A stretch of DNA of 64,000 nt from an uncultured Eubacteriales bacterium. Its GTDB lineage: Bacteria > Bacillota_I > Bacilli_A > RFN20 > CAG-288. Both the position numbers and the translations under genes were made by a program. Location: NCBI GenBank assembly GCA_900316035.1, contig ONBI01000001.1:23675-87674 (forward strand), written 5' to 3'. This document shows, in pieces, positions 8,014 to 16,052 of the stretch (its first letter is position 1; the number at the start of each line of letters is the position of its first letter). The notes beneath the pieces were generated by a model. That model saw only the letters and a list, made by a program, of their open reading frames with translations. It was not told where the DNA came from and made no database searches.

Positions 8014-10887
8014 CTATTCTTCTTTTTCTTTCCGTTCCGCAAGCGAAAAAGAAAGAGCACCGATACATCCTTCTTCATAAGGAACTGCTTCGACAAGGGA
8101 GAAAATAACCTCTTTCCCTTGATAGACAGAAGTTGTCTCCTTCGGGAAAGCTGTTGACGAAGAAGAAAAACCTTCTTCCGCAAGAAGCTTCTCCAGTTCC
8201 GAAAGAGAACCCTTCCCGAACAGCCCTTGGAAAGCATCGTTGGTAAAGAAGATCTTCAATCCTTCTTTATCGCTCTTGAAAAAGACAAGCGGAAGCGAAG
8301 CTAAGACATTGACGGAACCGATTTTATCCATCGCTTCTCTTTCTTCTTCGGTTTCAAGGTTAAAGGTATGATTCTCAATCTTTTCTGTTAACTGAGAAGA
8401 AGGAAGAGGTTTCGAGTAGTAGTATCCCTGAATCTTCTCTACACCGATACTCTTTAAGAATTCTACCTGTTCTTCTGTCTCTGCTCCTTCGGCTAACGTG
8501 TGGATATGGAGTTTTTTCACCATATCGACACAGGAAGAGAGAATGACTTCCGAAGATTCGGTGAAGTTCTTCAAGAAGACTAGATCGAACTTGATGAGGT
8601 CGAAAGAATAATCGTGAAGCGAATTCAAAGAGGAATATCCGCTTCCGAAATCATCCATCCAGACCAGATATCCTTTTTCATGGAAAGCGTCGATGGTTGT
8701 CTTTAAAAGAGACGGTTCCTTCACCATCGCGGATTCGGTGATTTCGATTTCGAAGAGATTCTTCGGAAGATGGTATTCCGTTACGATTCCTTCTAAGAAC
8801 TCCGGGAAGTCTTTCACTGCTAAATCGGTTCTCGAAAGATTGAGAGAAATAGGAAGAAGTTCTTTTCCGTCTTTTCTTCTTTCGTCCATATAGGAAGCGG
8901 TCTTCTCTAGGACAAAACAATCGATTTTCCAGCAGAGAGAATATTCCTCTAAAAGCGGGATGAATAAGGCAGGATTAAGGAACCCGTATCTCGGGTTATT
9001 CCATCGCACCAAAGCTTCTAAGGAAGTCACTTTCCCGGTGAGAGAACGGATAACAGGTTGATAGTAGACTTCAATCTCCCCATCCTCGATCGCCTGATCG
9101 AGATGATCCAATAGATAACGGGAACGAATCTCTTTCTCGGCGAGTTCTTCGGAATAAAGATAGACATGTACGTTCGGTAAAGAAGCAATCTGATCACAGG
9201 CCATCTTCGAAGCATCGCACATCGCTAAAGGAGAAAGCGTCTCCTCTTTCGCAAGACGATAGATACCGGCATGAAGAGGAAGAGAGTAGTTTCCGTTTTC
9301 TTCCCGTAAAGAAGTCTCTGCTTCCCCTAATCTCTTCTCCATCTCTTCCGGAGGTAGGTTATCTAATAAAACGAAGTGATCATCGCTTAAACGGGATAAA
9401 GAAGCCGTAGGGAAAATACAGCTTAACGTAAGAGCCACTCTCTTCAGATAGATATCGCCGTTTTCTTTTCCGAAGTAACGGTTGAAGAGTTTGAAACGGA
9501 GAACATTGATATAGAAGATAGACCAGTTCTCTGCTTTCTTGGTTTCTTTGATTTCTTCCTCTTTCTGCTGAATCAGAAGAAGCATCTTCTCTTTTCCTAA
9601 TAGACCCGTGAGAAGATCGTTGCGGTGAAGAAGTTCCTCCGTAACATCGTTGAGAAGAAGGATAGCATTCGAAAGAATCGCATGTCCTCCGTTTGTTCCC
9701 GGAATTGCTTCTAACCGCAACCATTTCTCTTTTCCGTTGAGAAGACCTTGGAATTCTACCGTCAGAGCATGCCCTTTATCCATCAAGGTACGTCTTAGAT
9801 TCTCGCTTTCAAAAAGCTTGAGGATTCTTTCCTGATCTTCGGGAAGAACAACTTCGTCAATAAACGCTAGAATTCCGGTAGAATAGCTATCTCTCTTCAA
9901 CCATCCGGCATTCTCCCAATAGGAAGGAATCTTGAAGACCGTCACTTTATCGCTGGAGAATTCCAGATAGAATTCCGCAAGGTTATCCCGGTTGGTGATA
10001 ACATTGAAAGCTTCGTAACGGAGTTTTGTCTCTTTGCTCTCTTCGTCGTTTTCGTCGTTATCTTCAAGAATACTGATGATCTCTTCAGGATTTCCTTTGT
10101 TATCGAAACGGTTGACGACCACCGTTTCCTGAATCTTTGTAAGATGGGTTGCTTCCCGGTAGACGAAAGTAACCGGCTGATTCTCATGGATTGCTTTCTT
10201 CACCGAATCGATATAGAGTTTCTGATCTTTATAATAAACAAACTTCTCCGCATACTCTTCCGGATAAGAGAGACGGTAATAATAGCTCATCTCAAACTCA
10301 TCTCTGGTTCTTACCGAAGGAATCAATAAAGAGAGTTTCGGATAGTAATAGAGGAACCTTGCTCTCTTTTCATCGAGAGTCTTCTTTCTCTTCATTTCCT
10401 GTCTTAAGATATCCGGGAACAAGGCAAAACGGAGTAGAGAAGCTAAGGCAGAAAGGGCTTCTTTTTCTTCGTTATTCCAAGTATGCTTTTCCTCTTTCGG
10501 TTGGAAAGAAATAAACCCGAGAATCCGATCTTCCACCACAAAACCATAGAGGAGATTATTCGGTTTCATCGCATAGTTATGGGTCTTCATATTCTCTTTG
10601 ACAACACCGAGTCGGTCTTCTCCGAAAGTAGCAAGAAGATTCTGATAGGCATCTCCTTCTTCAATCAGGACATTGAAATGCATCACCCTCTGATTAAAGC
10701 CAGTTGTCACATACGAATAGAGGAAATGATAAGCACTGGCCGAGCATTCACAGACATAGATATCCTCAAGCGAAAGAAAATTCTTCACTTCATCAAGAAG
10801 CGCAATCACTCTTTCTTCCTTTACTTCTTTTGCATTCCAGAATTCCGAACGGAAATCCGAAAATACTTTTTCTAGTTTTGGGTTCAT
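8014..10887 (-). CDS. Multidomain signalling protein: degenerate GGDEF + EAL (putative c-di-GMP phosphodiesterase)
   Basis: 957-aa ORF. EAL-domain blocks are LEALVRW, EIEITES, DDFGSGYSSL, AEGAETEEQ and QGYYYSKP. The GGDEF position reads RLSDDHF. N-terminal sensor-like region and a C-terminal extension of about 140 aa. Confidence 0.8.
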   Translation of the reverse strand: MNPKLEKVFSDFRSEFWNAKEVKEERVIALLDEVKNFLSLEDIYVCECSASAYHFLYSYVTTGFNQRVMHFNVLIEEGDAYQNLLATFGEDRLGVVKENMKTHNYAMKPNNLLYGFVVEDRILGFISFQPKEEKHTWNNEEKEALSALASLLRFALFPDILRQEMKRKKTLDEKRARFLYYYPKLSLLIPSVRTRDEFEMSYYYRLSYPEEYAEKFVYYKDQKLYIDSVKKAIHENQPVTFVYREATHLTKIQETVVVNRFDNKGNPEEIISILEDNDENDEESKETKLRYEAFNVITNRDNLAEFYLEFSSDKVTVFKIPSYWENAGWLKRDSYSTGILAFIDEVVLPEDQERILKLFESENLRRTLMDKGHALTVEFQGLLNGKEKWLRLEAIPGTNGGHAILSNAILLLNDVTEELLHRNDLLTGLLGKEKMLLLIQQKEEEIKETKKAENWSIFYINVLRFKLFNRYFGKENGDIYLKRVALTLSCIFPTASLSRLSDDHFVLLDNLPPEEMEKRLGEAETSLREENGNYSLPLHAGIYRLAKEETLSPLAMCDASKMACDQIASLPNVHVYLYSEELAEKEIRSRYLLDHLDQAIEDGEIEVYYQPVIRSLTGKVTSLEALVRWNNPRYGFLNPALFIPLLEEYSLCWKIDCFVLEKTASYMDERRKDGKELLPISLNLSRTDLAVKDFPEFLEGIVTEYHLPKNLFEIEITESAMVKEPSLLKTTIDAFHEKGYLVWMDDFGSGYSSLNSLHDYSFDLIKFDLVFLKNFTESSEVILSSCVDMVKKLHIHTLAEGAETEEQVEFLKSIGVEKIQGYYYSKPLPSSQLTEKIENHTFNLETEEEREAMDKIGSVNVLASLPLVFFKSDKEGLKIFFTNDAFQGLFGKGSLSELEKLLAEEGFSSSSTAFPKETTSVYQGKEVIFSLVEAVPYEEGCIGALSFSLAERKEKEE

Positions 10888-11338
10888 AGTAAGCCCTCAT
10901 TCCTATCGATAGCCGGATTCATTATAGCATTCCCCAGGAAAGGCTTTCGTAGGGGAAAGAGAAGGAAAGCGCTTTGGAATCCAAAGCTTCTTACCTTATT
11001 GAAAAAAGGAAATGGTTTCACTCTTTTAGTCAATCCTTAAAGAAACCCTAAAAGAATGTTTCCTGAATTTAAAAAGGAAGCGCTTTCAAGTTTCGATAAT
11101 AGCAGAAGAGACAAAGACTCTTCTCTGCAAGTTCAGCTCCTCAAAAGGAAGAAGGAGAAAGCAAATGGCCTTTTCTCTAAATAAGCTTTCTAAGCCTAAA
11201 AAAGCCTTGCTTTTCCCCAAAAAGAACCATGAACACTATCTCAAAAAGAAAAGAATGGTTCTGCTAAAAAGAAGGAAGTCGGCAATGGACCTAAGGAAGG
11301 GAAGCTATCTTTTACTAGTTGCAAAGCATCAATTTAAC

Positions 11339-11368
11339 TTGAAAAATTTTTATCGTTTTTTTTAATGT
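11339..11368 (+). promoter_or_regulatory. Candidate sigma-A promoter TTGAAA-18-TAATGT with a T8 tract in the spacer
   Basis: ttgaaa at 11339..11344, T8 at 11356..11363, taatgt at 11363..11368. About 60 nt upstream of the lipoprotein ATG. Confidence 0.3.
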
Positions 11369-11428
11369 TAATAAGCACCTTTGTCTTTTCCACAAACAGG
11401 CTCATCAAAGTGAAAGGAGGGTCCTCTT

Positions 11429-12721
11429 ATGAAAAAGCAGTACAAAGTTTTGCCGGTTCTTTTCACGCTCCCTCTTCTCTCTCTTCTTTTCGTCTCCTGT
11501 GATGTCACTCCTTCTTCCTCTTCTTCGGAAACACCGAAAGAGACAACTTCCTCTTCTTCGGAAGGCCCCACTTCCTCGAAGATTCTTTTCCTTGGTCGGG
11601 ATGAAGAAGAGGTCTCCGCTTTTAAGAAGCTAACGGAATTAGATCAGGATTCTTCTTTAGACTTTTATTCTTATACCCAGGAAGATTCCGATCTTCTTAA
11701 TAAGATCAAGAATTTCTCCGACTATAAGCAGATCATCCTCTCTTCGTTTGATTTTAAAGGCCATATGGATTTAGTCACTCCTTTATCCACTGCCGTGAAA
11801 TCCGGTGTCTCTTTATTTACCATCGGTACTGGATATAACAGCACTACCTTTGCAAAGACTCCGGAAGAGATCGCTTCTCTTCTCCCGGTCAACTTCGCTT
11901 TCGATGCTCCTTCTTCTTATTGCTTTGTTGTCGATACCTCTTCGGCCCTGAGTACTCATATAGGAGATCTTAAGAGCCGTCTGAAGAATTTCTTTGCTAC
12001 TCTTCCTGAGGACGACAAAGTCTGCCTTATCACCAAAGAAGATACAAGCGGTTGGATGTCTATCCGAGAGAAAACGGATTGGGAAACCAAAATCGATGGT
12101 TTAACGGCTTCTTCCACTTGGTCCTTAGCTCCTTTAGCAACGGAAGCAAAAGGAAAGCTGGCTACTGTAAACGGTCAGAGCTCTTTTGTTCTCCTTTCGG
12201 CTTCTCTTCCGAGTGATCAAGATACGGCTAAGGAAGTTATCACCGGGATGAATGCAGAGAATTACCCGAAGAATTATGTCAATCTGAATAACACCGAGGA
12301 AGATCATGTCGATTATCTCCTCTCTCTGATGCACGCGACAAACACTCCCTTAGCCAGTTATTTTTGGGAGCATTTCGATGCTTCCGATACCGTCTTCCCA
12401 ATTCTCCGGTTTATCGATACTACCGACATAGGAATTTCGACAACTCTTGAAAAAGCAGAGGATCCCTCTTTAAACGGAATCACTGCTCTTTCGAATTTTG
12501 GAATCTATTCGGCTACCGCCAAAGAAGGAACCGAAGTGATTCTCTCCCAAGATGACATCCCTTGCTATGTCAAAGGCAGTGCAGAGAATGGAAAAGTCTC
12601 TAGTTTCACCGGTTCTCTTCTCGCCCGGAAAGATGGTTTCCGCCAAATTCTTTTCGATCCAGATGATTTCAATAGCGATGGTGCGCGTTTCCTTCGCCAG
12701 GCCTTAGCCGATAACCGCTAA
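11429..12721 (+). CDS. Putative lipoprotein, Ser-rich linker, function unknown
   Basis: 430-aa ORF with RBS aaaggaggg. The N-terminal sequence LLSLLFVSCDV is a lipobox. A VVDTSSA stretch weakly resembles a vWA MIDAS motif. Confidence 0.65.
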   Translation: MKKQYKVLPVLFTLPLLSLLFVSCDVTPSSSSSETPKETTSSSSEGPTSSKILFLGRDEEEVSAFKKLTELDQDSSLDFYSYTQEDSDLLNKIKNFSDYKQIILSSFDFKGHMDLVTPLSTAVKSGVSLFTIGTGYNSTTFAKTPEEIASLLPVNFAFDAPSSYCFVVDTSSALSTHIGDLKSRLKNFFATLPEDDKVCLITKEDTSGWMSIREKTDWETKIDGLTASSTWSLAPLATEAKGKLATVNGQSSFVLLSASLPSDQDTAKEVITGMNAENYPKNYVNLNNTEEDHVDYLLSLMHATNTPLASYFWEHFDASDTVFPILRFIDTTDIGISTTLEKAEDPSLNGITALSNFGIYSATAKEGTEVILSQDDIPCYVKGSAENGKVSSFTGSLLARKDGFRQILFDPDDFNSDGARFLRQALADNR

Positions 12722-12739
12722 GCTATCTCACACAAAAGG

Positions 12740-12788
12740 GTTCCTTTGGATTCCTCAAAGCCAAACGAGGAAGAAGGAACTCTTTTTT
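12740..12788 (+). terminator. Intrinsic terminator of the lipoprotein gene
   Basis: Two-part stem gttcctt/aaggaac and ttcctc/gaggaa, followed by tctttttt. Confidence 0.55.
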
Positions 12789-13069
12789 GGTGCTGGAAAC
12801 AAGGGAAAATAGGTTGTTTGTTGACTGAATTTAAACTGAAAGCATTCGGAAATCAAGCATCTTCCAACCCACCTTTTTTTGGTGCGATCCTTGATTTTTA
12901 TCACTTCTGTGCTGAACGTTTTCAATCTAAGCAGATGAAAGACCGCTTTTACATTATGATACGATGTAAATATGTACGGAATGCCTGCGCTCACAATGAC
13001 TGCTTCATCAATGATCTCCACCTAAATACTGCAGCATATCCGCCTAAGTACACAGTAAATAAAAAATAA
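12746..13069 (+). pseudogene. Remnant of an Abi_2 (AbiD/AbiF-like) abortive-infection gene, truncated at both ends
   Basis: The ORF begins at a TTG codon inside the upstream terminator and ends at the IS boundary. The core FFGAILDFYHF...CKYVRNACAHNDCFINDL resembles the conserved RNxxAH block of Abi_2 proteins, which are normally about 300 aa. Confidence 0.45.
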
Positions 13070-13091
13070 GGCGTATTTTGCAAATAGGACC
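13070..13091. repeat. Left terminal inverted repeat of IS copy A
   Basis: ggcgtattttgcaaataggacc is the exact reverse complement of 14258..14279. Confidence 0.9.
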
Positions 13092-13238
13092 CAGCCATAA
13101 CGTCATCACCTCTTTGGGTTTATCATGGATTCGCTTTTGAAAGGAAAGCGCCTAAAGGCGATTCCCGAGAGGCGATAGACGTTTAGGAACTGTGGTGGTT
13201 CCGTCTATTCCTCTCCGGAATCGACGAACCACCACCAT

Positions 13239-14234
13239 ATGACCGAAAAAGAACAAAGTTCCTCAGGGAACGGCTTTTCTGATGAGAAGCGTATTTCAGA
13301 GGACATGGTCTCCGATTTCCTCGGCAGCTGGTATGTGACCAAACACTGGCGTCCCGGCAGAAAAGAGATCGAGTTCGTCAACTCGCTGAAGCCGAAATCC
13401 TGTCCCTGCTGCGGGAGCAAGGATATCGTCAAAAAGGGAAAACAGAAGAAGACGGGACTCCAGAGATGGAAATGCAAATCCTGCGGAAAGAGGTTCACCC
13501 CTCTGACAGGGACCGTCTTCGATTCGCGGAAGATCCCCATCGCCGATTGGATCGAATATCTCATCCATCTGTTTGAATACCATTCCGTATCCTCCGCAGC
13601 CTATGACAACAGAAACGCCGATTCCACGGGCTATTACTGGCTGAAGAAGGTGTTTTTCGTGCTGAAGGGATATCAGGACGACATCGTCCTCAAAAGCAAG
13701 GTATGGATAGACGAGACCTATGTTTCGATATGGAAAACCGCAAGGACAAAGAAGGGAACAAACGAACTCCGGGGACTTTCCAGGAACCAGTGCTGCATCT
13801 GCACCGGGACGGACGGCAAAAAGACCTTCCTCATCTTCTGCGGAATGGGAAAACCCAGTTCACCTAAGGCGTGGAGATCCTATTCCCCGCACATACCGAA
13901 GGAAGCCACCCTGATACACGACGGAGAGCGTAGCCACAACATCCTCATCGAAAAGCTCGCGCTGAAGTCGGAGGTGCATTCGACGGAAGAGACCAAAGGG
14001 ATGCCGGACGGGGTCAATCCGATGAACGAGATCAACACGGTCCACAGATATCTGAAAAGGTTCCTCAGCCGTCACGACGGTTTCGACACCGATGAACTTC
14101 AGGACTGGCTCAACCTCTTCTGTTTCCTGTGGAACGAAGGGCCGAACGACTACGACAGGGTCACGGCTTTCATCGACAGAGCCGTCAGAAAAAGAGCACT
14201 TCTGAGATATTCTGAATGGGCAGACTCCGAATAA
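13239..14234 (+). CDS. IS1595-family transposase (Zn-ribbon + DDE ISXO2-like)
   Basis: 331-aa ORF. N-terminal CPCCGSKDIVKKGKQKKTGLQRWKCKSCGKRFTPLTGTVF zinc ribbon, followed by the WIDETY... catalytic region. Confidence 0.88.
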   Translation: MTEKEQSSSGNGFSDEKRISEDMVSDFLGSWYVTKHWRPGRKEIEFVNSLKPKSCPCCGSKDIVKKGKQKKTGLQRWKCKSCGKRFTPLTGTVFDSRKIPIADWIEYLIHLFEYHSVSSAAYDNRNADSTGYYWLKKVFFVLKGYQDDIVLKSKVWIDETYVSIWKTARTKKGTNELRGLSRNQCCICTGTDGKKTFLIFCGMGKPSSPKAWRSYSPHIPKEATLIHDGERSHNILIEKLALKSEVHSTEETKGMPDGVNPMNEINTVHRYLKRFLSRHDGFDTDELQDWLNLFCFLWNEGPNDYDRVTAFIDRAVRKRALLRYSEWADSE

Positions 14235-14257
14235 GGCGAAAGCTGCCGACTTTTTCA

Positions 14258-14279
14258 GGTCCTATTTGCAAAATACGCC
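14258..14279. repeat. Right terminal inverted repeat of IS copy A
   Basis: ggtcctatttgcaaaatacgcc is the reverse complement of 13070..13091. Confidence 0.9.
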
Positions 14280-14571
14280 TTTTTAAATAAAATCATACAT
14301 TCAGATAATCTTGTTAAATTTACAAGAAAAAGCAAAAAGCTAAATTTAAATTTGAGAGTGTTTTCTTAATCATTACCGAATTTCATGCGGTTATCGGTTG
14401 TTTCCCTAACACCTTGACAAAAATACAAGAATCAAACTTATGCATTACTCCGCTAGATGTTTCTTAAAGTTTCAAACGAACGTTTAATAATCTATCAACC
14501 ATCAATAATACTTCCTCCTCCTACTACATACCCTTTGCTTCGCATATATTGCGAAAAAGATCAGCCTTTTT

Positions 14572-14579
14572 TTTCGATT
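14572..14579. repeat. Target-site duplication (left) of IS copy B
   Basis: TTTCGATT is repeated exactly at 15792..15799, immediately outside the inverted repeats. Confidence 0.75.
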
Positions 14580-15791
14580 AAAGTCTCGATTTGCACAGTG
14601 GGTCTGTCTCTATAGGGGATGATAAGGTATAATCGAGGCGTTCACGAAAGGGAACAAAGAGGCTTCCGCGAACCGATGAACGCTTTGTGGACTTGGCGGT
14701 CCGCTTCGTCGGTTCCCGGAAACCCGACCGCCAAGAAAAGTGAGTGAGGAAGAAACAGATAGCTCCGCAGAGGAGCCGGATTTGCCTGAGGAAGAAAAAC
14801 TCCTCAGGGAACTTTTGGACGAGACCGACGAGGAATGGTACAAGGCCAAGCACAGACGGATGTCGGATCCGGAAGTGAAGGCCATCAATGCGATACCCAT
14901 CTCCACCTGTCCCTGGTGTGAGAGCCAGTTCGTCAGGGAGGCAAAAGGCTATACGTCTGCCGGAATCAGGAGATATGTCTGCCTTGACTGCAAGAAGACG
15001 TTCGCGCCTCTGACCAAGACGCTGATGGAGGGCCACAAGATACCGGTGTCGGAATGGCTCGAATTCCTTCTACATCTTTTCGAGTTCCATTCCACAGCAA
15101 CAAGCGCAGGAGACAACAGAAACGCCACAACTACGGGAAGATATTGGCGGTCTTGCTCTTCATAGCCCTCAGCGGTTATCAGGACGGCATCATGCTTTCG
15201 GGAAGGGTATACATCGATGAGACCTGCTTTCCCGTCTATCCCTCCGACTTTGTCCACAACACCGACGGCAGCAGGCTCAGAGGACTTTCAAGGAACAGCA
15301 TCAGCGTCTCCTGCGACACCGACGGCGTTCACAAGATACTGATAGCCACCGGCAGAGGAAAGCCGGATGCCGAAAGGACATGGCTTGCCTACGGAAGCCA
15401 CATCCTCCCCGAGAGCACGATAGTCCATGACGGCGAAAACAGCCACTCGGTTCTTCTGAAGAGAATACCCGGACTGAGAGAGGAAATCCATACCACGGAG
15501 GAAACCCGCGGCCTTCCGGACAGGGAAAATCCGATGGATCCGATCAACGGCTTCCACCGTCTTGCCAAGCTGTTCATGAGGGCCCATGGGGGCCTATTCG
15601 AGGGAGCATATCCAGGACTGGCTGAACGTGTTCTCGATGATGTCGAACCCTCCCTTTGACAGGAAAGCAAAGATAAGGGAGCTTCTGAAGAGGGTGATGG
15701 AGATGAGAATCCGGCTGAAATACCGGGATTTTTACAAAAAGAAGCACCTATAGTGCCTATATTCCAAACCCACTGTGCAAATCGAGACTTT
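14580..15791 (+). mobile_element. IS1595-family insertion sequence, copy B (different sequence from copy A, transposase disrupted)
   Basis: 23-bp inverted repeats AAAGTCTCGATTTGCACAGTGGG at 14580..14602 and 15769..15791, flanked by an 8-bp direct repeat. Confidence 0.85.
14740..15753 (+). pseudogene. IS1595-family transposase with two frameshifts
   Basis: Homology to the copy A transposase continues across three frame segments: CPWCESQF...GRYW to about 15148, then AVLLFIALSGYQDG...RAHGG to about 15595, then EHIQDWLNVFSMM...KKKHL with stop at 15751..15753. Confidence 0.8.
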
Positions 15792-15799
15792 TTTCGATT
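15792..15799. repeat. Target-site duplication (right) of IS copy B
   Basis: TTTCGATT, identical to 14572..14579. Confidence 0.75.
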
Positions 15800-16012
15800 T
15801 CTAAGAGTCACCTACCCTTTTTGTTCCGTCTTGAAAACAAGCTTTTCCATTGTTTACTTAGCAAAAGCAATTGCAAATGTTAGCAATCATCGGAGAAGAG
15901 ACCATTGCTTGCACTATTCTCATTTTATTCGAACAATCGATTATTCGAATCCTCTGTTATTCGTGCAATCGATAAGGAGTATCCCCGTCTTTTTCCTCCC
16001 CGGTTTCTTCCT

Positions 16013-16046
16013 TGAAAAAGAGCTTAGCCACGTTTAGCTAAGCTCT
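16013..16046 (-). terminator. Intrinsic terminator immediately after the SMC-like ATPase gene
   Basis: The minus strand reads TAA gaaat g-agagcttagc-taaacgtg-gctaagctct-ttttcaag. This is a 10-bp stem and a T-run starting 7 nt after the stop. Confidence 0.65.
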
Positions 16047-16052
16047 CATTTC

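Larger units (their letters stand above)
13070..14279 (+). mobile_element. IS1595-family insertion sequence, copy A (apparently intact)
   Basis: Perfect 22-bp terminal inverted repeats GGCGTATTTTGCAAATAGGACC (extendable to 24 bp) bracket one transposase ORF. Confidence 0.85.

Noticed and set aside
11165-11365. 66-aa basic ORF in the EAL / lipoprotein intergenic region
   Set aside because: There is no RBS, the product is Lys-rich low complexity from A-rich DNA, and it overlaps the candidate lipoprotein promoter.
13205-15036. Antisense ORFs inside the two IS elements (119, 95, 152 and 98 aa)
   Set aside because: They overlap the transposase frames on the opposite strand and have no recognisable motifs. 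The IS1595 family is not known to need an antisense gene.
13070-15791. The two IS elements forming a composite transposon
   Set aside because: Their terminal repeats and transposases differ. Copy B has its own target duplication, and the 290-bp segment between them carries no cargo gene.
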